From a virus, in IMG/VR virus record IMGVR_UViG_3300037628_000362, positions 12,697 to 76,696 of that record: a DNA stretch of 64,000 bases. One strand, given 5' to 3'. The translations under genes and the position numbers were made by a program. Each line of letters begins with the position of its first letter. Positions within the stretch are counted from its first letter, which is position 1. Positions 56,390 to 64,000 of this stretch are shown here, piece by piece. The notes below the pieces were generated by a model. That model saw only the letters and a program-made list of their open reading frames with translations, had not been told where the DNA came from and did not search any database.

Positions 56390-56660
56390 TTTCGCTCTCC
56401 TGCGGTAAGAAACTTGCTACGATCAACTCCCTGCCTTTCCCGGTTACCCATCCAGACCGAAGGCTTGTTCCGTAATTTATCAGACCTCTGCTGTCCGCGC
56501 GCTCACAGGCCCTGTAACAAACCTTCCAGTGCTCTCCGGTTTCTTCGGCCAGGATCTCGTAGGGCCACTTATGTTCACGCCAATCACTGAGTCCTCTGAG
56601 GGCAAGCGACTTCTCGTAGGCCCGTAACACCTGTAGATCGGATATGTCTTTTCTAGCCAT
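56364..56660 (-). CDS. Winged-helix-like hypothetical protein
   Basis: KDISD..V..AY...GLINYGTSLRSGWVT.KG. Confidence 0.6.
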   Translation of the reverse strand: MARKDISDLQVLRAYEKSLALRGLSDWREHKWPYEILAEETGEHWKVCYRACERADSRGLINYGTSLRSGWVTGKGRELIVASFLPQESENGSTPTEN

Positions 56661-56749
56661 TATGGATTCTCATATAGGAAACATAAAAGGGAGCCCTCCT
56701 TGGCCCCCGGTGGAACCTACTGCCGGGTCTAGCCCGGGGTCAGATCCAT

Positions 56750-57298
56750 TCAGTGCAGCGGAAAGGCGGACACGACTATCTCCGGCTCGAAGTAGACCGG
56801 ACGCGGGTTCCCTTCCTTGTCGATCATCATCAGCCAGGTGGCAGACGATGACGTTGGCATAAACAGCCCATTCGGGTCAGCCTGGGGAAGCGTGCCCATC
56901 TCGAAGCCGACGCGCCCACCATTATAGTCGACAATCTTCTCTGGGTTTGTGAACTGCGCCGAGAACGGTATGCCGTATCCGATGCACTTCCCCACGAAGA
57001 ACAGCTTGCCGTGGTAGTCGCTCTTGATATAGGCGTAGCAAACCAAGTCTTCCTTGTCGCAAAGCTCGTAGATCAGCTTCATTAACTTTCGTTGCTGGTA
57101 GTTGGTTACGTTCGGAAATCCGATCTGCCGGTTTGCCTCGCCCATGGACTTGGCAGTCTGTGCCGCCTGTTGCTGGTCGGCAGTCTGCGTTCCGAATCCA
57201 CACCCAGTAAGGCTTATGGCAGCGAGACCTGCCAGTAAGAGGACTAGCCCTCCGATAAGACACTTTTCACGCAATGTTCCGCTGTACACTACCATCAT
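56750..57298 (-). CDS. Phage lipoprotein
   Basis: Lipobox LTGC; CIGYGIP..QFTNPE, LPQADPNGLF..SSSATW, PVYFEP. Confidence 0.7.
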   Translation of the reverse strand: MMVVYSGTLREKCLIGGLVLLLAGLAAISLTGCGFGTQTADQQQAAQTAKSMGEANRQIGFPNVTNYQQRKLMKLIYELCDKEDLVCYAYIKSDYHGKLFFVGKCIGYGIPFSAQFTNPEKIVDYNGGRVGFEMGTLPQADPNGLFMPTSSSATWLMMIDKEGNPRPVYFEPEIVVSAFPLH

Positions 57299-57633
57299 CA
57301 GTACCCTCGCATTTCTCTAAGGAATTGTTGAAGCCCCAGTGAACGAATCTTAGTCTCGTCGAATTCCGCGAATCGCATCAGGATGACGCCCCTGATCGCT
57401 TGGCGGTCTTCTTCTGATTCGGCGGCATCGTATTCCGCCTTGTACTTGGCGAGATCCTGGATCTTTCCGTGAGTGTAGGATTGTGTCTGCTCGAACACCT
57501 CTCGCCTGACGTTCTCGAACTTCGGTGCGAAGAACTGGAACATCCCAAGTTCGAACAGTCCCGCGGCGAATGCTACCGCCACGAGCGCGGCGAGCCCACT
57601 GAGGGCCGCCAGAAAGATTTTGAACTTCGACAT
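57298..57633 (-). CDS. Membrane-anchored protein partnered with the lipoprotein
   Basis: N-terminal TM; FFAPKFENVRREVFEQTQSY; TGATG coupling. Confidence 0.7.
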   Translation of the reverse strand: MSKFKIFLAALSGLAALVAVAFAAGLFELGMFQFFAPKFENVRREVFEQTQSYTHGKIQDLAKYKAEYDAAESEEDRQAIRGVILMRFAEFDETKIRSLGLQQFLREMRGY

Positions 57634-57647
57634 AGTGATTCTCCTTT

Positions 57648-57869
57648 CTATCGTTTATTTAAGTATTTCCGAAGCTTCTTCGCTGCCGCGATTAGCTTTT
57701 TGCCGAGATCCTCGATCTTCTCTGGATCAGCCGGCCAGATACGGACCGTGTCTTGGCCGATATGTAGCCAGATGACCTTGATGCCCTTACATTCATCGTG
57801 GTCGTCTATCGTGACTCCGTGATAACTGGACCCGTTCGAGTCCATCGCAGTCAGTCGGACTTCAGCCAT
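57648..57869 (-). CDS. Hypothetical protein
   Basis: SD GAGGAG. Confidence 0.55.
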   Translation of the reverse strand: MAEVRLTAMDSNGSSYHGVTIDDHDECKGIKVIWLHIGQDTVRIWPADPEKIEDLGKKLIAAAKKLRKYLNKR

Positions 57870-57983
57870 GTTGATCTCCTCTTACGAACCAGTTACTGCC
57901 ACACGACGCCCGGCCTGGCAAGGACGTTAAACCCTGCCAGCAGTGCCAGGATCAGCAGGGCGACCATGACGTACGGCTCGATG

Positions 57984-58349
57984 TTAATGGCGATTCTCTT
58001 GAGATTCATCTGGTATCTCCCATTCTCTATTATCTAGGTCTAGGTCAATATCAGCACCACATCGCCGGCAGAGAAAAGCCTTGCAAGCGCACTCTAAGCA
58101 GAGCACGCCGTCACTGTGTATTGTGTCAAGACAATGCGCACATTGTCCACCAGCGAACACACTAATCGTCAAGCCCCCAACACTAGCTCCGTAGCGGCAG
58201 ACAACGCAAAGCATCTCGATAAGCCGTGGGAGCTGGTCAGGATCGTTGTCCATATTGGCAATAAACGCCCGCCGCTCCTCGATGATGTCACGGAGCAGCG
58301 TGGTCCTGATCTTAATGTGTTCGTCGTCGATTCTGATTCGTCTTGGCAT
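57984..58349 (-). CDS. Cys-rich Zn-finger protein (paralog of 56042..56389)
   Basis: CVVC..CAHC..LCLECA..LCRRCGADIDL. Confidence 0.65.
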   Translation of the reverse strand: MPRRIRIDDEHIKIRTTLLRDIIEERRAFIANMDNDPDQLPRLIEMLCVVCRYGASVGGLTISVFAGGQCAHCLDTIHSDGVLCLECACKAFLCRRCGADIDLDLDNREWEIPDESQENRH

Positions 58350-58749
58350 GATTTACCTGGTTGGCAGTGAAATGTCAACAACTTCTGTATTTGGGCTGAA
58401 GAACCATACGACGCACGCAATCCAGTGGTAGTTGCTTGTGAACACGACATACTGGCCCCTGACGACAGCGTAGAGTTTTTTCATCTTTGTTCGTCGAGTA
58501 ATTTTCTTCTGGCCTTGGCCTCCGTCATCTTCTCGCATAATAATGCGCTCGCTTTGACCTGCGCCACCGATATTCTGCCGTGCATTTCGCCGCTAGTATG
58601 GGCGAAATCAATCCAGAAGTCGTCATCCCAGTTGGATGGATGCGCGCCGTAGCGGCGCTGATATTCTTTCTCGCATCGGGCTAATTGAGCGAGATACGTT
58701 TCCTTGAGATCACTCAATGTATTTAGCTTGCGCTGAAAGTCTAAGTCTC

Positions 58750-59019
58750 TCATTTTCTGGCCTTCCTGTGTTCTCCGGTGTCGCTGAAGAAGATTCTCTC
58801 GGCATCCACGACGAATCGCTGCACGTCGTAGTCTGGCCAAATGTCATCGTCCGTGTACGCTCCGGAATATGTTATCAGCCAACCCTGGCCCTTGAGGGCA
58901 TCTATTGTCCTTTGCCAATCTCTTCGCTGCCCCGTCACATTGACGCGATCAATCACCTCCCCGCTAGTAGTGCATCCAGCCGGAACGGCCGGCATGGTCT
59001 TTGGGATTTTCCTCTTCAT
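58750..59019 (-). CDS. Hypothetical protein
   Basis: Fits the operon; ATGA coupling downstream. Confidence 0.5.
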   Translation of the reverse strand: MKRKIPKTMPAVPAGCTTSGEVIDRVNVTGQRRDWQRTIDALKGQGWLITYSGAYTDDDIWPDYDVQRFVVDAERIFFSDTGEHRKARK

Positions 59020-59021
59020 AT

Positions 59022-59258
59022 CTAAAGCATAGGTCGCAATTCAAAGCGTGCCGTGCGATCCCGCTTTTTTTCTGCTTTCTCTTGCTCTGATGGCGGAACC
59101 AGCCGGAAAATGCGCCCGTTCTCGCCGGGATACCAGTCTTGTGGCCTGGGCCGAGTGGTTTCGTCGGAACAGCCAACGAGACCGGCCAGTAAGATCGAAA
59201 CCAAAATCCCGCCCATGATGCCGAGGCAGAAGCCAAGCTTTAGTTCTTTGCCTGCCAT
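59022..59258 (-). CDS. Small putative lipoprotein
   Basis: Hydrophobic stretch then LVGC; SD GGAG. Confidence 0.5.
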   Translation of the reverse strand: MAGKELKLGFCLGIMGGILVSILLAGLVGCSDETTRPRPQDWYPGENGRIFRLVPPSEQEKAEKKRDRTARFELRPML

Positions 59259-59439
59259 TTGTAAAAATCTCCGTATAGGGGTTGAAAGGAAAGGTCACGC
59301 GCCAGCCCAAGCTGGCGAATAGTGCTAAGCGAACCCGCTCGGCCATCTTCCACAGATAGCTAGAGGCGTGAAGCATATAAGGAATAGTGAACGCAATGGC
59401 CGATCTTGGGGTCCGGTCATTACGAGACAAAAGCCAGTT

Positions 59440-59471
59440 CTTTCTATGGAGTATATATACTCCATAGAAAG
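59440..59471. repeat. Perfect 32-bp palindrome
   Basis: CTTTCTATGGAGTATATATACTCCATAGAAAG equals its own reverse complement. Confidence 0.95.
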
Positions 59472-59488
59472 GCAAGCAACTACCAGTA

Positions 59489-60259
59489 TCAGGAAACCGT
59501 ACATTCAGCCAAATCGATGGTGGTGTCCAGTGTCATTAATTTACGCCGCACCGCTACCTTAGGCTTAAACTCAGCTAGGCTGGCCTTGAGGTTATCCGTC
59601 AGCTTCTCGCTCTCTGGTGCCAACTCCAGGGCCCTATCTAGGCTGCCGTATTCCTTCAGTAGGGAACTAGCCCGCTTTTCACCGAATCCAGGGCACCCGG
59701 CTATGTTGTCGGACTTGTCGCCGACGAGAATTTGGTGGTCCACCCACTGGTCAGGTCGGAGCCCGGTTTCGATCTTCATCCTTTCGGCGTTGTACCAGTA
59801 GCACTGTACTTTACCACGCTCGGTCTTGAGCGACTTAAGGATGACGACCCGACCTGGTACCAATAGTTGGCGCAGGTCTTTGTCGCCCGAGACAATAACT
59901 GTCTTCCATCGCTCATCCTTGAGCGAATTGACGGCTGACGCGATAATGTCGTCTGCTTCGGTCGCATCGCCCCGGACCAAGACGTTGTGCCCCTCGACGT
60001 GCATGCAGACCGGGGCCCGGGCCAGTGCCAGCCGTAGATCGTTCGGCTTCTCCGGCCTGCCTTGCTTGTACACGTCGTACTCACGGTGACGCCATGTTTC
60101 GCCCTCGCTGTCGAAAATACAGCGGAACTCGTAGAACTTGAAGTGACTGGTGAATACTGCCAGCTTATTCTGGAGCGTAACGACCGGATCGGCCTCTGGG
60201 TTGCCGTAGTAGTCGACGTGGATCTGGTGCGTTGCGTCTATGAGGAATGTATCTTTCAT
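59489..60259 (-). CDS. 5'-3' exonuclease/flap endonuclease (PolA N-domain-like)
   Basis: LIDA, FD, YKQGR, EADDII, SGDKDLRQL, GDKSDNIAGCPGFGEKRA (H3TH). Confidence 0.9.
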   Translation of the reverse strand: MKDTFLIDATHQIHVDYYGNPEADPVVTLQNKLAVFTSHFKFYEFRCIFDSEGETWRHREYDVYKQGRPEKPNDLRLALARAPVCMHVEGHNVLVRGDATEADDIIASAVNSLKDERWKTVIVSGDKDLRQLLVPGRVVILKSLKTERGKVQCYWYNAERMKIETGLRPDQWVDHQILVGDKSDNIAGCPGFGEKRASSLLKEYGSLDRALELAPESEKLTDNLKASLAEFKPKVAVRRKLMTLDTTIDLAECTVS

Positions 60260-60645
60260 GGTCGCTCCGGAGTAATAGGGCCTTGAAATTTACGAACCAC
60301 TAGGCGTTCGCCAGGGATTACAGCAAGGATTCCATCATCGCAAGTCGCGTTAGTGGGAACTCGTAGGGGTGTATCTAATGATGGGTCGAAGCGAACAATC
60401 GACATGACATTTCCGTCTATGATCCATCGGCGACTCTTTCCCTTCCTTGCTATCGGAAGTGATTTGGCCCATTTAATCCTCTGCCGCCAGTCGTAATCAG
60501 CCTCCTGGCTCGCGGAGACTCGGCGGTGTATTTTCCCGTGGCCATCTGGGCAGACCATGCCGCTGATCCCGCGGTGCCGTCGAGATCCACACTTATCGCA
60601 AATGAGCAGTTTTTTTATCTCGCGGTCAGACATTTCAATCATCAT
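60256..60645 (-). CDS. Hypothetical Zn-ribbon protein
   Basis: CDKC...CPDGH; ATGA coupling. Confidence 0.5.
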   Translation of the reverse strand: MMIEMSDREIKKLLICDKCGSRRHRGISGMVCPDGHGKIHRRVSASQEADYDWRQRIKWAKSLPIARKGKSRRWIIDGNVMSIVRFDPSLDTPLRVPTNATCDDGILAVIPGERLVVRKFQGPITPERP

Positions 60646-61889
60646 ACAGCTAGCCCGTCGAATAGTGGATAATGTTCTAGTTTCTTTCTTGGGTGGTTCT
60701 TCTCGCAACGAGGATCTTCCTCGATACGCTTCTTGGCGTGCTCGATGTACTTGGGGTTCAGTTCGATCCCAATCGAGTCACGCTCCATCCAGCGGGCCAC
60801 CTGAAGCGTGGTGCCGATCCCAGCGAAAGGATCCAAGACCGAGCAGGGCGACACTTCCGCTCTACACACGCATACTGGTCTGTATCCGGTGATGACCTTA
60901 TCTACGCCGGCCACCGTGTTTCCACACGAATTCACCCCGCCGCCTTCGTTGTGCGTTGCCGTGTGATCGTTGGGCCGCTCTCGCTTGATCTGCTTAGTCT
61001 CGACCATAGGTGCATACGGCGATAGACAGTTACTACAGCACCCACCGTCGCTTGTGCCGGCTTGAATGCAGCGGCGCACGAGTTCGCTTGGGTAGATTGC
61101 GAAATGTCGCACACTGGATGGTTCCGCTGAGATTGTCCAAACTGAGCGTGGATTACGGGTCTTCGCTGCCACTATATTGACTAGCCCGACCGATCTCCGA
61201 TGGTGTAAATCTCCGTCGCTATAGGCCGTTGCGTTCTTGTGCGTCTTATTACCTGAGGTGCCTCCGACTGCTGGTTCTCGGAACGCCGCGCTGTCCCAGA
61301 AGTAGTCGCCAGTTTTAGCCAGCACGAAGATATATTCGTGTGCCGCTGTGCATCGTCCTTTGCCTTTACGGAGAATGTAGCCATCGTTATCAGAGCAATT
61401 CGGGCAATCTGGCGTATTGCATTTCTCCCACCGAGGGCCGTTAACTGGCTCAGGCATCGGACTCGTCTTGGCCCATACGATCGTTTGACGCCATAACCAG
61501 CCATCGCCGCGGAGTGCTTCGGAAACGCGGTGTGGGATATTGAGGAGTTGGGATGAAGATGCCCTGCGTTTTTTCCCAAGCTGTCCCTTTGCTATATATT
61601 TGCCACCACCTCCATTTCTGCTATTTGAGTACGAGTCTGACAGATTCAGGAACAGCAACCCGCTCGGGTGCAGTACGCGGCGCACTTCCCGGAACACGTC
61701 CACCATCGTCGATACGAACGCCTCTGGAGTTGGCTCACAGCCGATCTCCTGGGCCTTCAGTGGATCATCTTTGTTAAGGTAGGATCTCAGGGCGAAGTAG
61801 GGAGGGCTCGTCACACAGCAATGCACAGAGCTGCTTGGTAGCGTTGGCAGGACTTCCAGGCAGTCACCTGGTAGTATGTCAGCTTTCAT
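60642..61889 (-). CDS. Site-specific DNA methyltransferase, N4-C/N6-A beta class, with Cys-rich insertions
   Basis: GDCLEVL, TSPPY, HFAIYP, VLDPFAGIGTT, GIELNP. Confidence 0.9.
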   Translation of the reverse strand: MKADILPGDCLEVLPTLPSSSVHCCVTSPPYFALRSYLNKDDPLKAQEIGCEPTPEAFVSTMVDVFREVRRVLHPSGLLFLNLSDSYSNSRNGGGGKYIAKGQLGKKRRASSSQLLNIPHRVSEALRGDGWLWRQTIVWAKTSPMPEPVNGPRWEKCNTPDCPNCSDNDGYILRKGKGRCTAAHEYIFVLAKTGDYFWDSAAFREPAVGGTSGNKTHKNATAYSDGDLHHRRSVGLVNIVAAKTRNPRSVWTISAEPSSVRHFAIYPSELVRRCIQAGTSDGGCCSNCLSPYAPMVETKQIKRERPNDHTATHNEGGGVNSCGNTVAGVDKVITGYRPVCVCRAEVSPCSVLDPFAGIGTTLQVARWMERDSIGIELNPKYIEHAKKRIEEDPRCEKNHPRKKLEHYPLFDGLAV

Positions 61890-62204
61890 GTCCGATCGCC
61901 GCTTGGGATATTTGGTTATTCAAGCGTAGCACACGATTCCGTCCCGCCGTTGTGACAACGTGTCACATTTCCATTATTTCGGCAAATCGACCAGTTTTAG
62001 TTGAATTCAGCCGGATTGGAAGCGCTTTCGCCATAGTCGTCAGATTCAGTCCAAACAGTGCTCGCCGAACAACTGTCGTCGGCTAGTGAGCCGCTTTCCT
62101 TCAGCCATTTTTGTGATTCTGGGAAAAATTTCCATTTGAGTCGACCATCCATTTTGCGTAAGCTATTATACAGTCAAACACGAACCATAAGGACTTTTCC
62201 AGAA

Positions 62205-62507
62205 ATGCTCATCTTCGACGAAAACGGCCTGCCCATCGAGTATCAATCACCGTCTGGACCACCATGTAAAGCGGAGTGTCCGGTGGAAAGTGAAGTGGGG
62301 CCGGACTTTCTTATCCCGCCGCCGCCGGCTGTCGCTGTCGCACTTAGTTTCGTCGAGATGTGTAATAACTACACGATTCCGAGGGGATGGGTCATAGGCG
62401 ACCAAGTCGAGTATCTCCATCCCGAGCTTAACCACAAGCAAGAGGCAGCCCTACTCCAGGCTTGCCAGATGCTTGGTGAATACTTCAATAAGGAAAGGAA
62501 AAAATGA
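62205..62507 (+). CDS. Hypothetical protein
   Basis: First gene of the + operon; ATGA coupling. Confidence 0.5.
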   Translation: MLIFDENGLPIEYQSPSGPPCKAECPVESEVGPDFLIPPPPAVAVALSFVEMCNNYTIPRGWVIGDQVEYLHPELNHKQEAALLQACQMLGEYFNKERKK

Positions 62508-63145
62508 CCGACAGCAAGAAACCGCCAACCATAAAGAAAATGTTCGCTGACAGGATGCGCCGCGAGGGAAAAGAAAAAGAGTTCAAGGCCAATATAAGAA
62601 ATAAGATGGCTGAAGAGGATTCCTACTGGAGCCACGCGCAATGGAAGGTGATGCGCGAGATGGGATATCTGGCGAAGGACGAGCGCAAGTTCTACGAAGA
62701 GCATCTCGCCAACGAAGGAAAGACAAAGGCACAGGTCAAACTCAAGGAAGAGCGGGCAGAGATTGTCAAGGAACAGATACAGGAAACATTCGAGCAGGCC
62801 GCCGCGAGCCTGCCTCTGGAGTGCTCTCCGAAAGAAGAGATCGACTGGATACGATCTCACCCGGCAATGGCCCGTCTAAACCGCGATGCAAGCAAGGCCA
62901 AGAATATTGTCATTACGGGCACCGATATACTGAGTGCTCCGCATGGGGTGTGCCCGCGGCAGGGAGCGGCGCTCGCATTGCAGCACTGGGCCAATCACCC
63001 GGATGAATTCTTCAAGATGTTGCTCAATGACCAGAAGAAGAACCTCGATCGCCAGGAAGAAATAGGTGAAGAGGTTGAGACCGAGGCAGATATGTCTGAA
63101 CTCAAGCGTATGCTGAAGGAAGCGCGCGAGGGGCAAACTAAATAA
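62504..63145 (+). CDS. Charged helical protein, possibly terminase small subunit-like
   Basis: Position at the start of the + operon; function assigned by context only. Confidence 0.35.
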   Translation: MTDSKKPPTIKKMFADRMRREGKEKEFKANIRNKMAEEDSYWSHAQWKVMREMGYLAKDERKFYEEHLANEGKTKAQVKLKEERAEIVKEQIQETFEQAAASLPLECSPKEEIDWIRSHPAMARLNRDASKAKNIVITGTDILSAPHGVCPRQGAALALQHWANHPDEFFKMLLNDQKKNLDRQEEIGEEVETEADMSELKRMLKEAREGQTK

Positions 63146-63164
63146 GCAAGTACGGAGGATTATT

Positions 63165-63440
63165 GTGCCTAGGAAGCCAATTGAATGTGAACTAGACGAA
63201 GAGTTATGGCAGGTGCGATTTACCCGCATGAAAAATAACGGGGTTTGCCGCATCCGACAGCGGAAGATTTCTATTAACAGTACATTGCGGGGTCGCGAGC
63301 TACTGGAAAATCTCCTCCATGAAATGCTGCACGCTACTTCATATCATGTCACGGATGAGGATTGGGTCCACCGCACCGCTGAAGAAATGTCCGTAGTTCT
63401 TGACGATCTTGGGTTCCAATGGGAGGACGAAGATGGATAA
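63165..63440 (+). CDS. SprT-like/HEXXH metallopeptidase domain protein
   Basis: GVC...ISIN...LLHEMLHA; SD GGAGG. Confidence 0.7.
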   Translation: MPRKPIECELDEELWQVRFTRMKNNGVCRIRQRKISINSTLRGRELLENLLHEMLHATSYHVTDEDWVHRTAEEMSVVLDDLGFQWEDEDG

Positions 63441-63999
63441 AACCGGCTGCTTGCCGCTGGATTGCGTAGAGACTGTCAGCGGTGTTCACCTGAGCATCAG
63501 GGATCCGGATCCAGCGGATATAAACATCGGTGACATTGCCTATTCGCTCGCTGGTACTTTCCGGTTTAATGCACACACTCGGTACAGCGTAGCACAGCAC
63601 TCAGTAATCGTATCCATGATGGTCCTATACCCGTTGGCTGGCTTGCTCCATGACGGTGACGAGGCGTACACTGGAGACATGATTAAGCCCCTGAAAGTGA
63701 TGCCGTGGGCTAAGGGATTCTGTAAGACAGCGGCGAGAATCCAGGCGGCTGTATGGAAGCGGTTTGGTGTCGACTACACTTCAAACGTTCACGCTAGTGT
63801 AAAGTATGCAGACACCTCGGCCGTTTACTGGGAGTCTCGGCAGTACATGAAGAGATGGCGCGAGTGGAACTGGGGTGACTTCGTTGCTCAGCCACTTCCG
63901 GATAATGTCGTACTAGAAGAACCATGGTCGGCGTTGAAGGCGGAGCATAGGTTCCTTGAAAGATATAAGGAGATTTGCGGTGACGAAAAACCCGCTTGA
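63433..63999 (+). CDS. HD-domain phosphohydrolase (YfdR-like)
   Basis: DIAYSLA..RF..H..YSVAQHS, GLLHDGDEAYTGD, VKYAD. Confidence 0.85.
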   Translation: MDKTGCLPLDCVETVSGVHLSIRDPDPADINIGDIAYSLAGTFRFNAHTRYSVAQHSVIVSMMVLYPLAGLLHDGDEAYTGDMIKPLKVMPWAKGFCKTAARIQAAVWKRFGVDYTSNVHASVKYADTSAVYWESRQYMKRWREWNWGDFVAQPLPDNVVLEEPWSALKAEHRFLERYKEICGDEKPA

Positions 64000-64000
64000 T

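Larger units (their letters stand above)
5429..61966. promoter_or_regulatory. Dispersed 15-bp site GTGACAACGTGTCAC (10 copies; the span covers first to last copy)
   Basis: Exact on +: 25111, 29254, 50362, 61952; exact on -: 5429, 19360, 50588; variants at 46746, 41924, 51154. Confidence 0.85.

Noticed and set aside
1-64000. Stop-codon reassignment
   Set aside because: Genes are long and densely packed in code 11, all three stops are used, and there is no suppressor tRNA.

Overview
This window is most of a tailed dsDNA bacteriophage genome, podovirus-like, with a probable Planctomycetota host. The terminase large subunit, portal, major capsid and DNA polymerase are not recognisable here and probably lie outside the window. 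Layout: 1-23.2 kb (+) virion module, with fibre/decoration proteins, three copies of a head-tail adaptor domain, a giant tail nozzle protein carrying 25 beta-propeller repeats, and ejection proteins. 23.2-39.0 kb (+) holds a putative lysis cassette, recombination and replication genes (RecE-like nuclease, SMC-like ATPase, SF2 helicase, primase, SSB), GroES, a ParB-like protein, a tyrosine recombinase, a dATP/dGTP diphosphohydrolase and a tRNA/tRNA-mimic cluster. 39-61.9 kb (mostly -) holds small early and accessory genes, an RNA ligase, methyltransferases and a 5'-3' exonuclease. A new + operon begins at 62.2 kb. Most striking observations: (1) a DIP1984-like gene followed by a ~290-nt nested RNA that encloses a complete tRNA with an unusual AUC anticodon plus an array of CCGA(A/C)UA repeats; (2) a 15-bp quasi-palindrome GTGACAACGTGTCAC dispersed about 10 times, a candidate ParB/operator site; (3) a small accessory protein stitched from fragments of the phage's own structural proteins, a possible immune decoy; (4) a kissing-loop double hairpin before the nozzle gene; (5) anticodon-less tRNA mimics; (6) a separately promoted ~250-nt structured RNA; (7) a perfect 32-bp palindrome. 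All family assignments come from motif recognition by eye; no database searches were run.
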